From an uncultured Gammaproteobacteria bacterium (lineage in GTDB: Bacteria; Patescibacteriota; Microgenomatia; UBA8517): a stretch of DNA of 64,000 nt. Within the stretch, counting starts at the first letter, position 1; every line of letters begins with the position of its first letter. Positions 19,192 to 28,847 of the stretch are shown one piece after another. The notes beneath the pieces were generated by a model that made no database searches, was not told the origin of the DNA, and saw nothing but the letters and a program-made list of their open reading frames with translations. A program made the position numbers and the translations under genes. The stretch lies in assembly GCA_964427735.1 (NCBI GenBank), contig CAYRUS010000001.1:25856-89855 (forward strand). The letters run 5' to 3'.

Positions 19192-20745
19192 TTAGAATTC
19201 AAAATATTCTTCAGTTATCTCTTTTCCCTCTTTAAACACTCTTGTATTCGCACCAGCATAAAGAGGCTGGATTTTAAACTCGTTCTTTGTTGTTCTAAAT
19301 GCTGTTAACTCTATAAATGAACCCTTGTTATCAGGTGCAAGAACAGTTGCACCTAACCTTGAAATCAGATTTGCAATTCCTCCTTTTTCCCCCTTACCAG
19401 TAGAGCATGATACTAATACAATTATTGGATTTTCTATAAAATATTTCTTTATTAGTCTTTGAGAACTACTTCTAGGCTCATCTTTTAATCCCTGGACTTC
19501 TGAATCATAATCCAATAATATATCGACTGCATATATTGTTCCGCTTTTCCAGCTTCTGCCAATGCTAATACTATTTTCGCTACCATGTCCACCAATTATG
19601 CCAAAATCAATTTTTCCGTATTTTTTGTTTGCTTTAATTAAAGATTCAGTCAACTCTCTTTTACTTGATATCTCATATACTCTTAAACTATAACTCCCTT
19701 CTAATGAGTCAAGAAATTCTGACAGTTCACCTGCTTCATTAAACGCGGCGTTGTGATCAGTCATTGGATATAAAATCACCCCATATGGCAAATCAGTGTT
19801 ATCTCTTTCCAAATATTGATTTAGAAGTAATTTCTGTGGATATCTGGAAAAATTTACAATGCCAAATTCTTCATTTAAGTACTTTGAAATACCTCTATAC
19901 AGACTTTCTAGTCTATCAATTGTTTTAATATTACCAATAATTGAATGCCTTCTAGAACCAGACCAGTCACCATAGTTATCCAGCCAAAGTCTTACTATAC
20001 GCTCTCCGTCTAAACCATAATCAGATGAAAGAAGTTGACTAGCAAGTCTTATTCCCATATCCCTTGCCTTTTCATTATCTGAAATAATTAATTCAGCAAT
20101 AGTACCCGATCTAAAAAAAGAGTCTCCTGTTCCTGAATAAGCTTTGATTAAAGTTTCTTCAAGTGCGGTAGCTAAGTCATCAAAACCACTTTTGGCAATT
20201 TCCACTACAATACCATCATCAAACTCCATTCTGTCAGTTTCAATTATCCTTTTTATGATGTTTATATTATCTCTTAAGAATGTATTTGCTTTTGCTCTTG
20301 TATTGTCGTCTGAGGAATCCATAGAATTAACGACTAATCTGAATGCATCTTGAATTTGAATAATATCATCACCATCTAATAGATCTTTTATTTTTGAAAG
20401 ATTATCTGCAATTACTTTCTTTCCAAGTTCTTCTATATCTGCATGAATTTGCTTTTTACCATAAAAATATTGAAAGTCCACAATCCTTTTAAGATCCCTT
20501 AAAATGTTTTCGGTGTAATTTTCGAAATCTAAATTATGAACAAGTATTTTGACATCTTCTTCGATACTCTGTAATTCTTCCGGCAGTATGGTTCTAGTTT
20601 TTCTGCTTCCCAGATCGCCTTCCTTTTCTAAATAATTTATGCCATTAAAAAATATATTTAATCTTTCTCTTGAATTAATAATTTTACTTTCTTTATCCGA
20701 TAGTCCAACGACCTCGCCTAGATTTGGTGTAATTTTCCCCTCCAT
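19192..20745 (-). CDS. Hypothetical protein with C-terminal caspase/C80-like His-Cys motif
   Basis: Helical N-terminus, then IIGGHG ... IVLVSCSTG. Confidence 0.6.
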   Translation of the reverse strand: MEGKITPNLGEVVGLSDKESKIINSRERLNIFFNGINYLEKEGDLGSRKTRTILPEELQSIEEDVKILVHNLDFENYTENILRDLKRIVDFQYFYGKKQIHADIEELGKKVIADNLSKIKDLLDGDDIIQIQDAFRLVVNSMDSSDDNTRAKANTFLRDNINIIKRIIETDRMEFDDGIVVEIAKSGFDDLATALEETLIKAYSGTGDSFFRSGTIAELIISDNEKARDMGIRLASQLLSSDYGLDGERIVRLWLDNYGDWSGSRRHSIIGNIKTIDRLESLYRGISKYLNEEFGIVNFSRYPQKLLLNQYLERDNTDLPYGVILYPMTDHNAAFNEAGELSEFLDSLEGSYSLRVYEISSKRELTESLIKANKKYGKIDFGIIGGHGSENSISIGRSWKSGTIYAVDILLDYDSEVQGLKDEPRSSSQRLIKKYFIENPIIVLVSCSTGKGEKGGIANLISRLGATVLAPDNKGSFIELTAFRTTKNEFKIQPLYAGANTRVFKEGKEITEEYFEF

Positions 20746-20755
20746 TAGTTAATGA

Positions 20756-21823
20756 CTAAATAAATCTTACCATCATTCCCTCTTGAACTATTGTGTTAAT
20801 TGAAACCTCCTGCCCAGGAAATTTAGAACCTGGCCCCCAAATCACTGCTTTCTTATTTTCCTCTGCGAAGTCGCTTCCAATTTCTTGGGCAACATCCTTT
20901 AAAGTATAGTCTTTTTTGACCACCAAAGAATTATTTATATTAGGCTCTTCGTCGCGTCTAACCAAATAAACTCTGACAAGCCCAAGCTTGTCCCAGATTG
21001 CTTTTCTGAACTGTTCTATGTTTTCTTCCTTTTCAGCACTGATATATAAATCAACTCCTTCAATCTTTTTAGTTTTACCTAAATCTGCTTTGTTTAAAAC
21101 ATACAAGGCAGGGATATAAACTCTATTTGTTGAAAATGAATCTATCAATTCCTCGTCTGTGACATATTCATTAATCATAATTTCACCATTTTTTATTCCA
21201 AACTCCATTGCTATTTGCTTTACCTTTTCTTTATCAATACCGCTAATATTGGTTTTTACGATTACTCCTCCGCCTATCTTTTTTTCTACTACCACATCTG
21301 GCGGAGTTTTGTTTATTCTTATGCCATTTCTTTCTAAAGTTTCGCTAATGCTTTTTAAAATTTCTGGTCTTGTTACGTCTGACATTATTATTAAAAGATC
21401 ACTTGAACGAACAACAGAAAGCACTTCCCGACCTCTTCCCTTACCTTCTTCTGCACCTTCTATTAGACCGGGAACGTCTAAAATCTGTATTTGAGCATCT
21501 TTGTATTTCATCATTCCTGGGATAACAGAAACGGTTGTAAAAGCATAAGGAGCAATTTTACTTTTTGCATTTGTTAATTTGTTTAACAAGGTGGATTTTC
21601 CTGCAGAAGGAGGACCAACTAACACAACTGTTGCATCACCTTGTTTTTTTACAGAGTAACCTCCACCGCCACCTGTTTTTCTGGTTGATGCTTCTATTTG
21701 TTTATCCTTTAGTCGAGCAATTTTAGCACGCAAAAGACCAATATAGTGTTCTGTTCCTTTATGGTATGGGGTTTCTCTTATTTCTTTTTGAATACTTTCA
21801 ATTTGCTCTTCAATCGTTGGCAT
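20756..21823 (-). CDS. DRG/Rbg-type OBG-family GTPase with TGS domain
   Basis: TPYHKGTEHYIGLLRAKIARL N-terminus, GPPSAGKST, YAFTT, DVPG, NKAD, WGPGSKFPGQ. Confidence 0.9.
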   Translation of the reverse strand: MPTIEEQIESIQKEIRETPYHKGTEHYIGLLRAKIARLKDKQIEASTRKTGGGGGYSVKKQGDATVVLVGPPSAGKSTLLNKLTNAKSKIAPYAFTTVSVIPGMMKYKDAQIQILDVPGLIEGAEEGKGRGREVLSVVRSSDLLIIMSDVTRPEILKSISETLERNGIRINKTPPDVVVEKKIGGGVIVKTNISGIDKEKVKQIAMEFGIKNGEIMINEYVTDEELIDSFSTNRVYIPALYVLNKADLGKTKKIEGVDLYISAEKEENIEQFRKAIWDKLGLVRVYLVRRDEEPNINNSLVVKKDYTLKDVAQEIGSDFAEENKKAVIWGPGSKFPGQEVSINTIVQEGMMVRFI

Positions 21824-21880
21824 ACAAGATGAATTATACCCAATATTGAGATATAATTGTAACTGTTTGTAAGATTATTA

Positions 21881-21952
21881 GCCTCCGTGGTGAAATGGAT
21901 ATCACAACGGTCTTCGGAACCGTTGTTGGGGGTTCGAGTCCCTCCGGAGGCA
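21881..21952 (+). tRNA. tRNA-Arg(TCG)
   Basis: GCCTCCG acceptor, ACGGT CT TCG GA ACCGT, GGTTCGAGTCC. Confidence 0.93.
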
Positions 21953-21968
21953 CCTATTAATACCATTT

Positions 21969-22268
21969 ATGCTAAAGCAATATATAGACTACATCAAAGA
22001 CAACCCAAAGGGATATTGGTTTAAAGCAAAGTGGTTTGGCTGGGGTTGGACTCCTGTTACTTGGCAAGGATGGCTAATTATTATTTTTTATGTGATTCTA
22101 TTTCTCTATTTTACAAAAAACATGGATAATCGCTCCACTGATGAAGAAGTTCTAGTTAGTTTTGCTTTACCTATTCTATTATCAACCTTAGGACTAGTAT
22201 TTATTGCCTTTAAAAAAGGAGAAAAACCAAAATGGCATTGGGGTATTCCAAAGAAAAAATTAAAATAA
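21969..22268 (+). CDS. Small 2-TM membrane protein
   Basis: WFKAKWFGWGWTPVTWQGW motif plus two TM helices. Confidence 0.75.
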   Translation: MLKQYIDYIKDNPKGYWFKAKWFGWGWTPVTWQGWLIIIFYVILFLYFTKNMDNRSTDEEVLVSFALPILLSTLGLVFIAFKKGEKPKWHWGIPKKKLK

Positions 22269-22313
22269 ATCTATACTTGATTGTAAGAAAAGAGTAAGTT
22301 ATATTCTTTACAC

Positions 22314-22493
22314 ATGCCTGCCTTACTTACTTATATATTCGGCTTTACATTACTGCTTCAATTTTTATCCTTAGTGCTAAAATCTATGGCAAAAAAATTA
22401 AATATTTACCCAAATGATCAGGGAAATCCAGGCATTGCCCGCCTTACATATTTACTTCTGAAAGAATATATAGAAATCGAAGTTATAAAATGA
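22314..22493 (+). CDS. Small hypothetical protein (59 aa, N-terminal TM)
   Basis: Manual translation MPALLTYIFGFTLLLQFLSLVL...EIEVIK*; below the ORF-track cutoff. Confidence 0.4.
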   Translation: MPALLTYIFGFTLLLQFLSLVLKSMAKKLNIYPNDQGNPGIARLTYLLLKEYIEIEVIK

Positions 22494-22629
22494 CCCTCGC
22501 TTGTTAACTTTGTAAATTTCAAGCTTTGATTCTTATCAACAAAGTAAGGGTAATTTTAATTATGCACTAATTGTTTCCAAAAAGACATACTTGAAAGAAG
22601 ATTAATAGAAGCATATAAATAACATATTC

Positions 22630-24345
22630 ATGAAGTTTATTGTTGTTTCTGGGGGCGTACTTTCAGGTCTTGGAAAAGGAATCACTGCCGCTTCAATAGG
22701 TCTTCTTCTAAAATCTCGCGGGATAAAAGTAACCACACTTAAGTGCGACATGTATTTGAATATTGATGCAGGAACTATGAATCCTGTTGAGCATGGTGAA
22801 GTTTTTGTTACTCATGACGGTCTAGAAACTGATCAAGACCTAGGGCATTACGAACGATTCCTTGGTCATAACCATCTTAAAGTAAATTACATGACAAACG
22901 GTCAAATCTATAAAATAGTTTTGGATAAAGAGAGAGCTCTTGAGTACGAAGGTGTATGTGTCCAACCATACCACCACCTACCTCCTGAGATAATAGAGCG
23001 CTGGCATTCTGCAGGACGTGCACATAAAGCAGATATTGTGATCGTAGAGCTTGGAGGTACTGTTGGAGAATATGAAGGCTTGCTGTTTTTTGAATCAGTA
23101 AGACGGCTGAAACTCAAAAAACCTAAAGATGTTTTGCTTATTCATGTAGGCTATCTTCCTGCACCTAAATCAATTGGAGAACTAAAATCAAAGCCACTCC
23201 AGCAATCGATCTCTCAACTTAACTCTTTGGGTTTACATCCGGATTTAATTGTAGGAAGAGCAGAATTGCCAATAGACAATAAAAGAAAAGAAAAAATTGC
23301 TTTAGCATCAGGATTAAATACAGAGGATATCATTTCAGCTCCGGATGTCGAGAGCATTTATGAAGTTCCTTTAATTCTTTATGATCAAGATTTAGACCAA
23401 AAGATACTTAAAAAATTAGGTTTAAAACATTTAAAACAAAAGAAAAGTAACCTCACAGAATGGAAAAAAATGTATAAAAAATTTAAAAATGCTAAAAAAG
23501 AAATCAAAATAGCCATTGTCGGTAAGTACCAAAAAACCGGAGATTATACTTTAGAAGACAGTTATGTATGCGTAGTTGAAGCAATTAAACATGCTGCCTG
23601 GGAGTTTGGTCTTAATCCAAAATTGGTCTGGATTGATTCAGAAAAGATTACAGATGACCTAAAGGCCATAAAATTACTCTCAGAAGTCGATGCAATAATT
23701 GTCCCTCAAGGATGGGGTTCAAGAGGAATAGAGGGAAAAATTCTAGCAGCTAAATACGCTAGAGAAAATAATGTTCCCTACTTGGGTCTTTGTTTTGGAA
23801 TGCAAATGGCTACTATTGAGTACGGTAGAAACGTTGTCGGGCTAAAAAATGCTAATACTCAGGAAGTAAATGAAAAAGCTTTGCATAAAGTTATTCACAT
23901 CATGCCACACCAGAAAAAATATTTAGATAACAAGATATATGGTGGAACGATTCGTCTTGGAGCATGGCCGTGTAAAATTAAAAAAGGTTCAATTCTAGAA
24001 AATGCATACAAAAAATATGGACAAGGAAAGGATAAGCCATGGAATCAACCTAATTCCAATGTTTCTTATAAGGAAACAAAATCAAATGGTGATCTAATAG
24101 TCCATGAACGACATAGACACAGATATGAATTTAATAATAAATATAAAAAAGATTTTAAAAAAAATGGGTTTGTTATAAGTGGAGAATCTCCAGATGGAAA
24201 ATTAGTTGAAGCAATTGAAATCAAAGACCATCCCTTTTATGTTGGAACTCAATTTCATCCTGAGTATTTAAGCAGACCGTTAGCACCACACCCTATTTTC
24301 TTAGGCTTTGTTGAAGCAATCATTGAAAATGTCAGAAAAAATTAG
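22630..24345 (+). CDS. pyrG: CTP synthase
   Basis: GGVLSGLGKG, HGEVFV, GLCFGMQ, RHRHRYE and QFHPE motifs. Confidence 0.98.
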   Translation: MKFIVVSGGVLSGLGKGITAASIGLLLKSRGIKVTTLKCDMYLNIDAGTMNPVEHGEVFVTHDGLETDQDLGHYERFLGHNHLKVNYMTNGQIYKIVLDKERALEYEGVCVQPYHHLPPEIIERWHSAGRAHKADIVIVELGGTVGEYEGLLFFESVRRLKLKKPKDVLLIHVGYLPAPKSIGELKSKPLQQSISQLNSLGLHPDLIVGRAELPIDNKRKEKIALASGLNTEDIISAPDVESIYEVPLILYDQDLDQKILKKLGLKHLKQKKSNLTEWKKMYKKFKNAKKEIKIAIVGKYQKTGDYTLEDSYVCVVEAIKHAAWEFGLNPKLVWIDSEKITDDLKAIKLLSEVDAIIVPQGWGSRGIEGKILAAKYARENNVPYLGLCFGMQMATIEYGRNVVGLKNANTQEVNEKALHKVIHIMPHQKKYLDNKIYGGTIRLGAWPCKIKKGSILENAYKKYGQGKDKPWNQPNSNVSYKETKSNGDLIVHERHRHRYEFNNKYKKDFKKNGFVISGESPDGKLVEAIEIKDHPFYVGTQFHPEYLSRPLAPHPIFLGFVEAIIENVRKN

Positions 24346-24679
24346 ATATATAGAAACAGATAATCGCAAACCATTAACTGTTGAAGATGATAATGGAGAA
24401 GTTATCGCGTTGAGAAACTCATTAAATTTCAATTTACATTACGGTATAGATTTAGTTGAAGAAGAATTGATGTTGCCCGCTGATCCAGCTAAAGCAGAAT
24501 TAATATTGAAACAAAGAGAAAATCATACTAAAAGAAAAGCTAAGAGGAGAAATCAAATTAAGAAAAATGGTAAACCTCCTGGGAAAAGCCGTTTTACTGA
24601 AAATGAGTTGGAAGATTATGCGTACAAAGAAAAGTTGAATCGTTTGGTTAACAAAAAAAGCACAAGAGGAAAAATATAA
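24329..24679 (+). CDS. Hypothetical basic protein
   Basis: ATG at 24329 overlaps the pyrG end. Confidence 0.6.
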   Translation: MSEKIRYIETDNRKPLTVEDDNGEVIALRNSLNFNLHYGIDLVEEELMLPADPAKAELILKQRENHTKRKAKRRNQIKKNGKPPGKSRFTENELEDYAYKEKLNRLVNKKSTRGKI

Positions 24680-24710
24680 ATTATTTAATTTTTGTAGTAT
24701 ACTCATAATA

Positions 24711-24950
24711 ATGGATTTATTTAATTATTTTTCAAATAACCCATATTTATTTTTATCAGTCATTATTATAAGTCTAATATTAAAAGGATTTGCACTTTGG
24801 AGGGCTTCAAAAAATGATCATGCATTGTGGTTTATTGTTATTTTGGTAATTAATACTTTAGGAATTCTAGACATACTATATTTGTTCTACTTTTCCCAAA
24901 AGGATTTTACCCAAAAAATAGATAGAAAAATCCTCAATCTAAGAAAGTAA
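24711..24950 (+). CDS. DUF5652-like small membrane protein
   Basis: LKGFALWRAS..WF..INTLGIL.ILY motif. Confidence 0.8.
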   Translation: MDLFNYFSNNPYLFLSVIIISLILKGFALWRASKNDHALWFIVILVINTLGILDILYLFYFSQKDFTQKIDRKILNLRK

Positions 24951-25032
24951 TTATCACTTCTAAATTGGGCTTATCCGTAGTAAAATATGAGTTGCTGAAG
25001 GAGTTCTAATAGCCTAAAGCCAGTGTTAGTAT

Positions 25033-25117
25033 GCCGTGGTGGTGGAATGGTAGACACGCAGGACTTAAAATCCTGTGGACTGAATAGTCCGTGTGGGTTC
25101 GAGTCCCACCCTCGGCA
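25033..25117 (+). tRNA. tRNA-Leu(TAA)
   Basis: CAGGA CT TAA AA TCCTG; long variable arm; one T-T mismatch in the acceptor stem. Confidence 0.95.
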
Positions 25118-25122
25118 CACCT

Positions 25123-25195
25123 CGGGGTGTAGCTCAGTTGGTAGAGTGCGCGCTTTGGGAGCGTGAGGTCCTGGGTTCGAATCCCAGCACCCCGA
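25123..25195 (+). tRNA. tRNA-Pro(TGG)
   Basis: CGGGGTG acceptor, CGCGC TT TGG GA GCGTG. Confidence 0.96.
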
Positions 25196-25298
25196 CAAAA
25201 TTTATCATTTTATTGCTCACATGCTCTCACTTTTTTAGTACTAGGCTATTTTGTTATTTTTCTTGAAAATCCTTAATTTATAATGCATAATGTAGGGT

Positions 25299-26168
25299 AT
25301 GTCAGAAAATCATAATCCTTTTGTGAATGCCGTTAATTCAGTTGATAGTAATAAATTTCTATCAAAACTGGATGAAAAAGGTTTTGAAATAAGAATTCTC
25401 AGAGAAGAGATACAAAGGTTTGCAGAAAATACAGGTCGTGAAGTTAGAATAATGCATTCGGGAGATTTAGGAGCACCTTTTGCCTTAAATCATAGACTAG
25501 ATGGTGTTTTACACTTTTGTCCATTCAAAAAGTTTCATCTATACCCTCACATGATAGCTGATATTCAAAATTTTAATCTAGAGATGCATGATGGATATCA
25601 GTTCCTTCAAATGTTGATGGATGAAAAATTGGAGATTTATACTGAAGATGAGCTAAAAAAATATAAATATGCTATTGATTCCCTGCTCGAACTTATTTAT
25701 ATTTGGTCCGATCCAGATATAGTGATTGAGAATACACATATTAGAGATTCTAGAAAGAAAATGCTTAATAATCCAGAAAGCTTTAAGCTTATTACTCAAA
25801 CATTTAAAACAGCAAGTGAGTATGTCGGTGATTTAATAGATGCGAAACCCATACTTGATCAAGAACCTGTTTTTGCAAAACTCTTTTTGACTAAATATAT
25901 AAATATTTTCCGCGAAAATAGTAATGAATTCTGGGAGCAATCTAATGCAAGTGAAAAAAGTAAAACAGATAAACATTATGATAGCTTTATAGAATTAGTT
26001 TCCAATTTACCTGATGAACTTGAAGTACCAAGAGGTGAAGTAATACATATCGTGCAAAATATTTCCGAGTTTTACTTAATAAGACCAGTTAATTCGAGTG
26101 CAATAATAAATGTCCAGACGGTTGAAGATATTAAGATATTAATTGATGAATTGAGATTTTATCAGTGA
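25299..26168 (+). CDS. Hypothetical protein
   Basis: 289 aa ORF between tRNA-Pro and tRNA-Gly. Confidence 0.7.
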   Translation: MSENHNPFVNAVNSVDSNKFLSKLDEKGFEIRILREEIQRFAENTGREVRIMHSGDLGAPFALNHRLDGVLHFCPFKKFHLYPHMIADIQNFNLEMHDGYQFLQMLMDEKLEIYTEDELKKYKYAIDSLLELIYIWSDPDIVIENTHIRDSRKKMLNNPESFKLITQTFKTASEYVGDLIDAKPILDQEPVFAKLFLTKYINIFRENSNEFWEQSNASEKSKTDKHYDSFIELVSNLPDELEVPRGEVIHIVQNISEFYLIRPVNSSAIINVQTVEDIKILIDELRFYQ

Positions 26169-26207
26169 TAGAATGTAATCCAAATTATTGATATAATAAG
26201 CATACTT

Positions 26208-26281
26208 GCGGGAATAGCTCAGTTGGCTAGAGCGTCAGTTTTCCAAACTGAAGGTCGCGGGTTCGAGCCCCGTTTCCCGCT
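26208..26281 (+). tRNA. tRNA-Gly(TCC)
   Basis: GCGGGAA acceptor, TCAGT TT TCC AA ACTGA. Confidence 0.96.
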
Positions 26282-26305
26282 CACGAGGATTGGAGAATTA
26301 ATTAT

Positions 26306-26554
26306 ATGGGTTTAATTGGAAGTGACGATGGACCAACTGTGTATATAGACAAAAATGGTAAGCGTGTGCCGCTAGAACTAGTTGGCTATTATATTGAGGA
26401 TGGTCGGTTGACTTCCCAAATAAATGACGCAATACATGAAATAGAGAGAAACCGTCAGGAATTGAAAAGAGAGCATAGGGAAGAAATTTTACACAAAGTA
26501 TATGGAGGTGGCGAAGAAGAGATACACGGAAATGGTAAAGAAAGAGAAGGTTGA
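26306..26554 (+). CDS. Hypothetical protein
   Basis: 82 aa ORF with GGAG upstream, just after tRNA-Gly. Confidence 0.6.
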   Translation: MGLIGSDDGPTVYIDKNGKRVPLELVGYYIEDGRLTSQINDAIHEIERNRQELKREHREEILHKVYGGGEEEIHGNGKEREG

Positions 26555-26669
26555 GATTTTCAAAATTAAGATGCCATAGTAAACTTGTTAATAATCTTCA
26601 GATATTAACCTTGTTTCAAGAATAAATCAGGAAAAAGATAAATTTTAATAGAAATGAAGTAAAAATTAC

Positions 26670-27416
26670 TTATTCTTCTGATCGGACACCTACAATAACT
26701 ACAACATCATATTCTTCATCTTCATCAATAAGTTCATTCGAAATTTCTACAGTGTACGTATCTTCGAGTGCTGATACTATCTCATCAATAGCAGCCTTAG
26801 AAACGGTCTCTTTGTGCTCGATTATTGTATCCGTATAGTTTTGGTTATTGGCGTTTGCCGCATTTGGGTTGCTGAAACCTGCTTCACTTAAAAGATTTGC
26901 TACTCTTCCTGCCTCCCCTGCTATACCAGAGCCATTCAAAACTCGCAGATTGTACTCTGACAAATCAACTTCTTCTGATATCGGAGTTGGAGTTGGATCA
27001 TTTTCTACAACTGGTGCTAATGTTGATGTTGGTGTGGAAGTAGGCTCAGGTCGACTATCTACAGAAGACTTAAAATAAAATATTCCTCCCACTAACAAAG
27101 CTCCAAGAATAAGTGAAAGGGTGAAAGAGACAAAAATACCCATAAACGAAACTGAATTACCACCTGAGGGTGATGGAGTAGCTGCGGGCGCAGGTTGTTC
27201 AGGTTTTTCTTCAACTATCTCCTCTTCATCACTATTATTGTCTGTGCTGACACTTTCCTTCTCCACGTCTTCTTTGCTTGGTTCTGAAGTCACCTCTTTA
27301 ACTTTGGGGAGTTCTGGCTCAGGAATCTTGTCAGGCTCAATCGTCTTTTCTTCAGAACTCTCTTCCACAACGGAAATTTTAAATTTGTCTTTATCCTCAC
27401 TATCTTTTTTGGGCAT
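26670..27416 (-). CDS. Membrane protein with LytR C-terminal domain
   Basis: Acidic N-terminus, TM, then VLNGSGIAGEAG...YDVVVIVG. Confidence 0.85.
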   Translation of the reverse strand: MPKKDSEDKDKFKISVVEESSEEKTIEPDKIPEPELPKVKEVTSEPSKEDVEKESVSTDNNSDEEEIVEEKPEQPAPAATPSPSGGNSVSFMGIFVSFTLSLILGALLVGGIFYFKSSVDSRPEPTSTPTSTLAPVVENDPTPTPISEEVDLSEYNLRVLNGSGIAGEAGRVANLLSEAGFSNPNAANANNQNYTDTIIEHKETVSKAAIDEIVSALEDTYTVEISNELIDEDEEYDVVVIVGVRSEE

Positions 27417-27496
27417 AGCAGTAACTCTATTGTGGCAATAAAGACTACTGTTTGTCAATTGTAGTTGCAGATTGTTTTTGTTAAGATAGAGCCACT

Positions 27497-27838
27497 ATGT
27501 CTAAGAGAGATGATATTAAAAAGCAGTTAGAAGAAGATCAAGATAGATTTTACGGAGATCAAACAGTTTCTGGGCATTCTCCGGATACAGAAAGTGATGA
27601 TTCCATAGAAGAAATGGTAGGAGACGTAATGGGTGAAGATGCAGCCAGAAAAGTTGAAAGCAAAAAAGAAGGCTTTAATATAGCCGACGAAATTGAAGGT
27701 GATGAATTGGCACAAACAACAAAACCTGTTAGTAGCACAAGTGATGATAATAATACTAGCACAGGAGATGACTATGATGATGACAATAATAAGATTATAG
27801 TTCCCGGTGAAACTTCAAATGACCCTAGAGAAAAATAA
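27497..27838 (+). CDS. Acidic hypothetical protein
   Basis: 113 aa Asp/Glu-rich ORF. Confidence 0.65.
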   Translation: MSKRDDIKKQLEEDQDRFYGDQTVSGHSPDTESDDSIEEMVGDVMGEDAARKVESKKEGFNIADEIEGDELAQTTKPVSSTSDDNNTSTGDDYDDDNNKIIVPGETSNDPREK

Positions 27839-28173
27839 TATAAAAATTCCTGCTCTAAAAGAAAATTGGGAAAAGAATTAGAAATTAAGATAGATCAAAA
27901 TCAAAATGGAAGCTCAAGTTTTACTGAGACAATATTAAGACTTATTATACTTCCTGAAGAGGATTTGGAAGAGAAGCTGTAAAAGTTAATTCCGAACTAA
28001 AGAGACCTTTACCTCCTACCTTGGTAGACCACATTAAAGAATTATACCTTTTGTACAATTTGGCAGACGCTGAAACTAAAACTCAATATCTAGGTAGCCT
28101 CAGACAAGCAGAAAAATAAATTTAAATCCTTAAAATATTAGCTCGATTTTGGTATAATATAATTTGTATACTT

Positions 28174-28251
28174 GGTGGTTGTAGCTCAGTTGGTTAGAGC
28201 GCGTCTCTGTGGAAGACGAGGTCGGCGGTTCGAGCCCGCTCAACCACCCCA
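28174..28251 (+). tRNA. tRNA-His(GTG), G-1 and CCA encoded
   Basis: G-GTGGTTG acceptor, CGTCT CT GTG GA AGACG, ends CCCA. Confidence 0.96.
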
Positions 28252-28262
28252 AGTGTAAAGTA

Positions 28263-28843
28263 TTAGAAGTAATCTTTTTTCGAGTAATCTCTTTCCTTAC
28301 AATCTGGCCAAAAAAATTTAACGTCTTCTTTCAGATATGTACTTAGCAATTCAAAATAATCATTAACAGTTGGGTCTTTTTTTATCTTTTCTGCTTTGAC
28401 TTCTCTCATTTCCTCGGTGGAAGCATTTTGTCTAAAGAGTATATAAATTTGCTTTCTTTGCTTTTTAGAGAAAAGTAATTTTTCAAAGTTATGTGTAAAT
28501 CTTTAAACTTATTAAAGCTTTTTGCCAACTTCTTTATCGCAGTTTTCTCTCCTACTGTTTTTTGCTTAATATTTGATGTAGACCTTCCATATGCAGGCAT
28601 GTTTCCTGAATAAACTTCTACCAGATCATGGACAAGTGCATACTTCATAAGTATTTCCTTTGAGAGATTTAATTTATGTCGGTCATTTATATACCAAGCC
28701 ACGAAGGCTAATTGAAAACTGTGTTGTGAATTACTTTCTGAAGAGTTATCTTTATTAGGTATTGTTTTTCGGTATACGCACGAAAACTTGTTAGTCATTT
28801 CAGCGAGCTGAAGTAACTCTATTAGATTATTTTTATCAATCAT
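28263..28843 (-). pseudogene. HD-domain (YfbR/HDDC2-like) hydrolase, frameshifted
   Basis: HS...HDLVE motifs; stops after DKMLPPRK, while a plausible C-terminus (EEMREVKAEKIKKDP...DYF*) continues in another frame to 28263. Confidence 0.7.
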
Positions 28844-28847
28844 ACGT

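Noticed and set aside
22493-22550. Imperfect long hairpin upstream of pyrG as a CTP-sensing attenuator
   Set aside because: Pairing is weak, I see no GGGC start of the Bacillus type, and -10-like sequences lie downstream of it.
24971-25198. Track ORFs antisense to or overlapping tRNAs (also 21778-21966 and the 5' extensions at 9516-9575 and 14544-14711)
   Set aside because: Artefacts of reading through GC-rich tRNA genes.
27840-28120. Open stretches after the acidic ORF (e.g. RGFGREAVKV...RQAEK*)
   Set aside because: No start codon, stops in every frame and no recognisable motif; at most a gene remnant.
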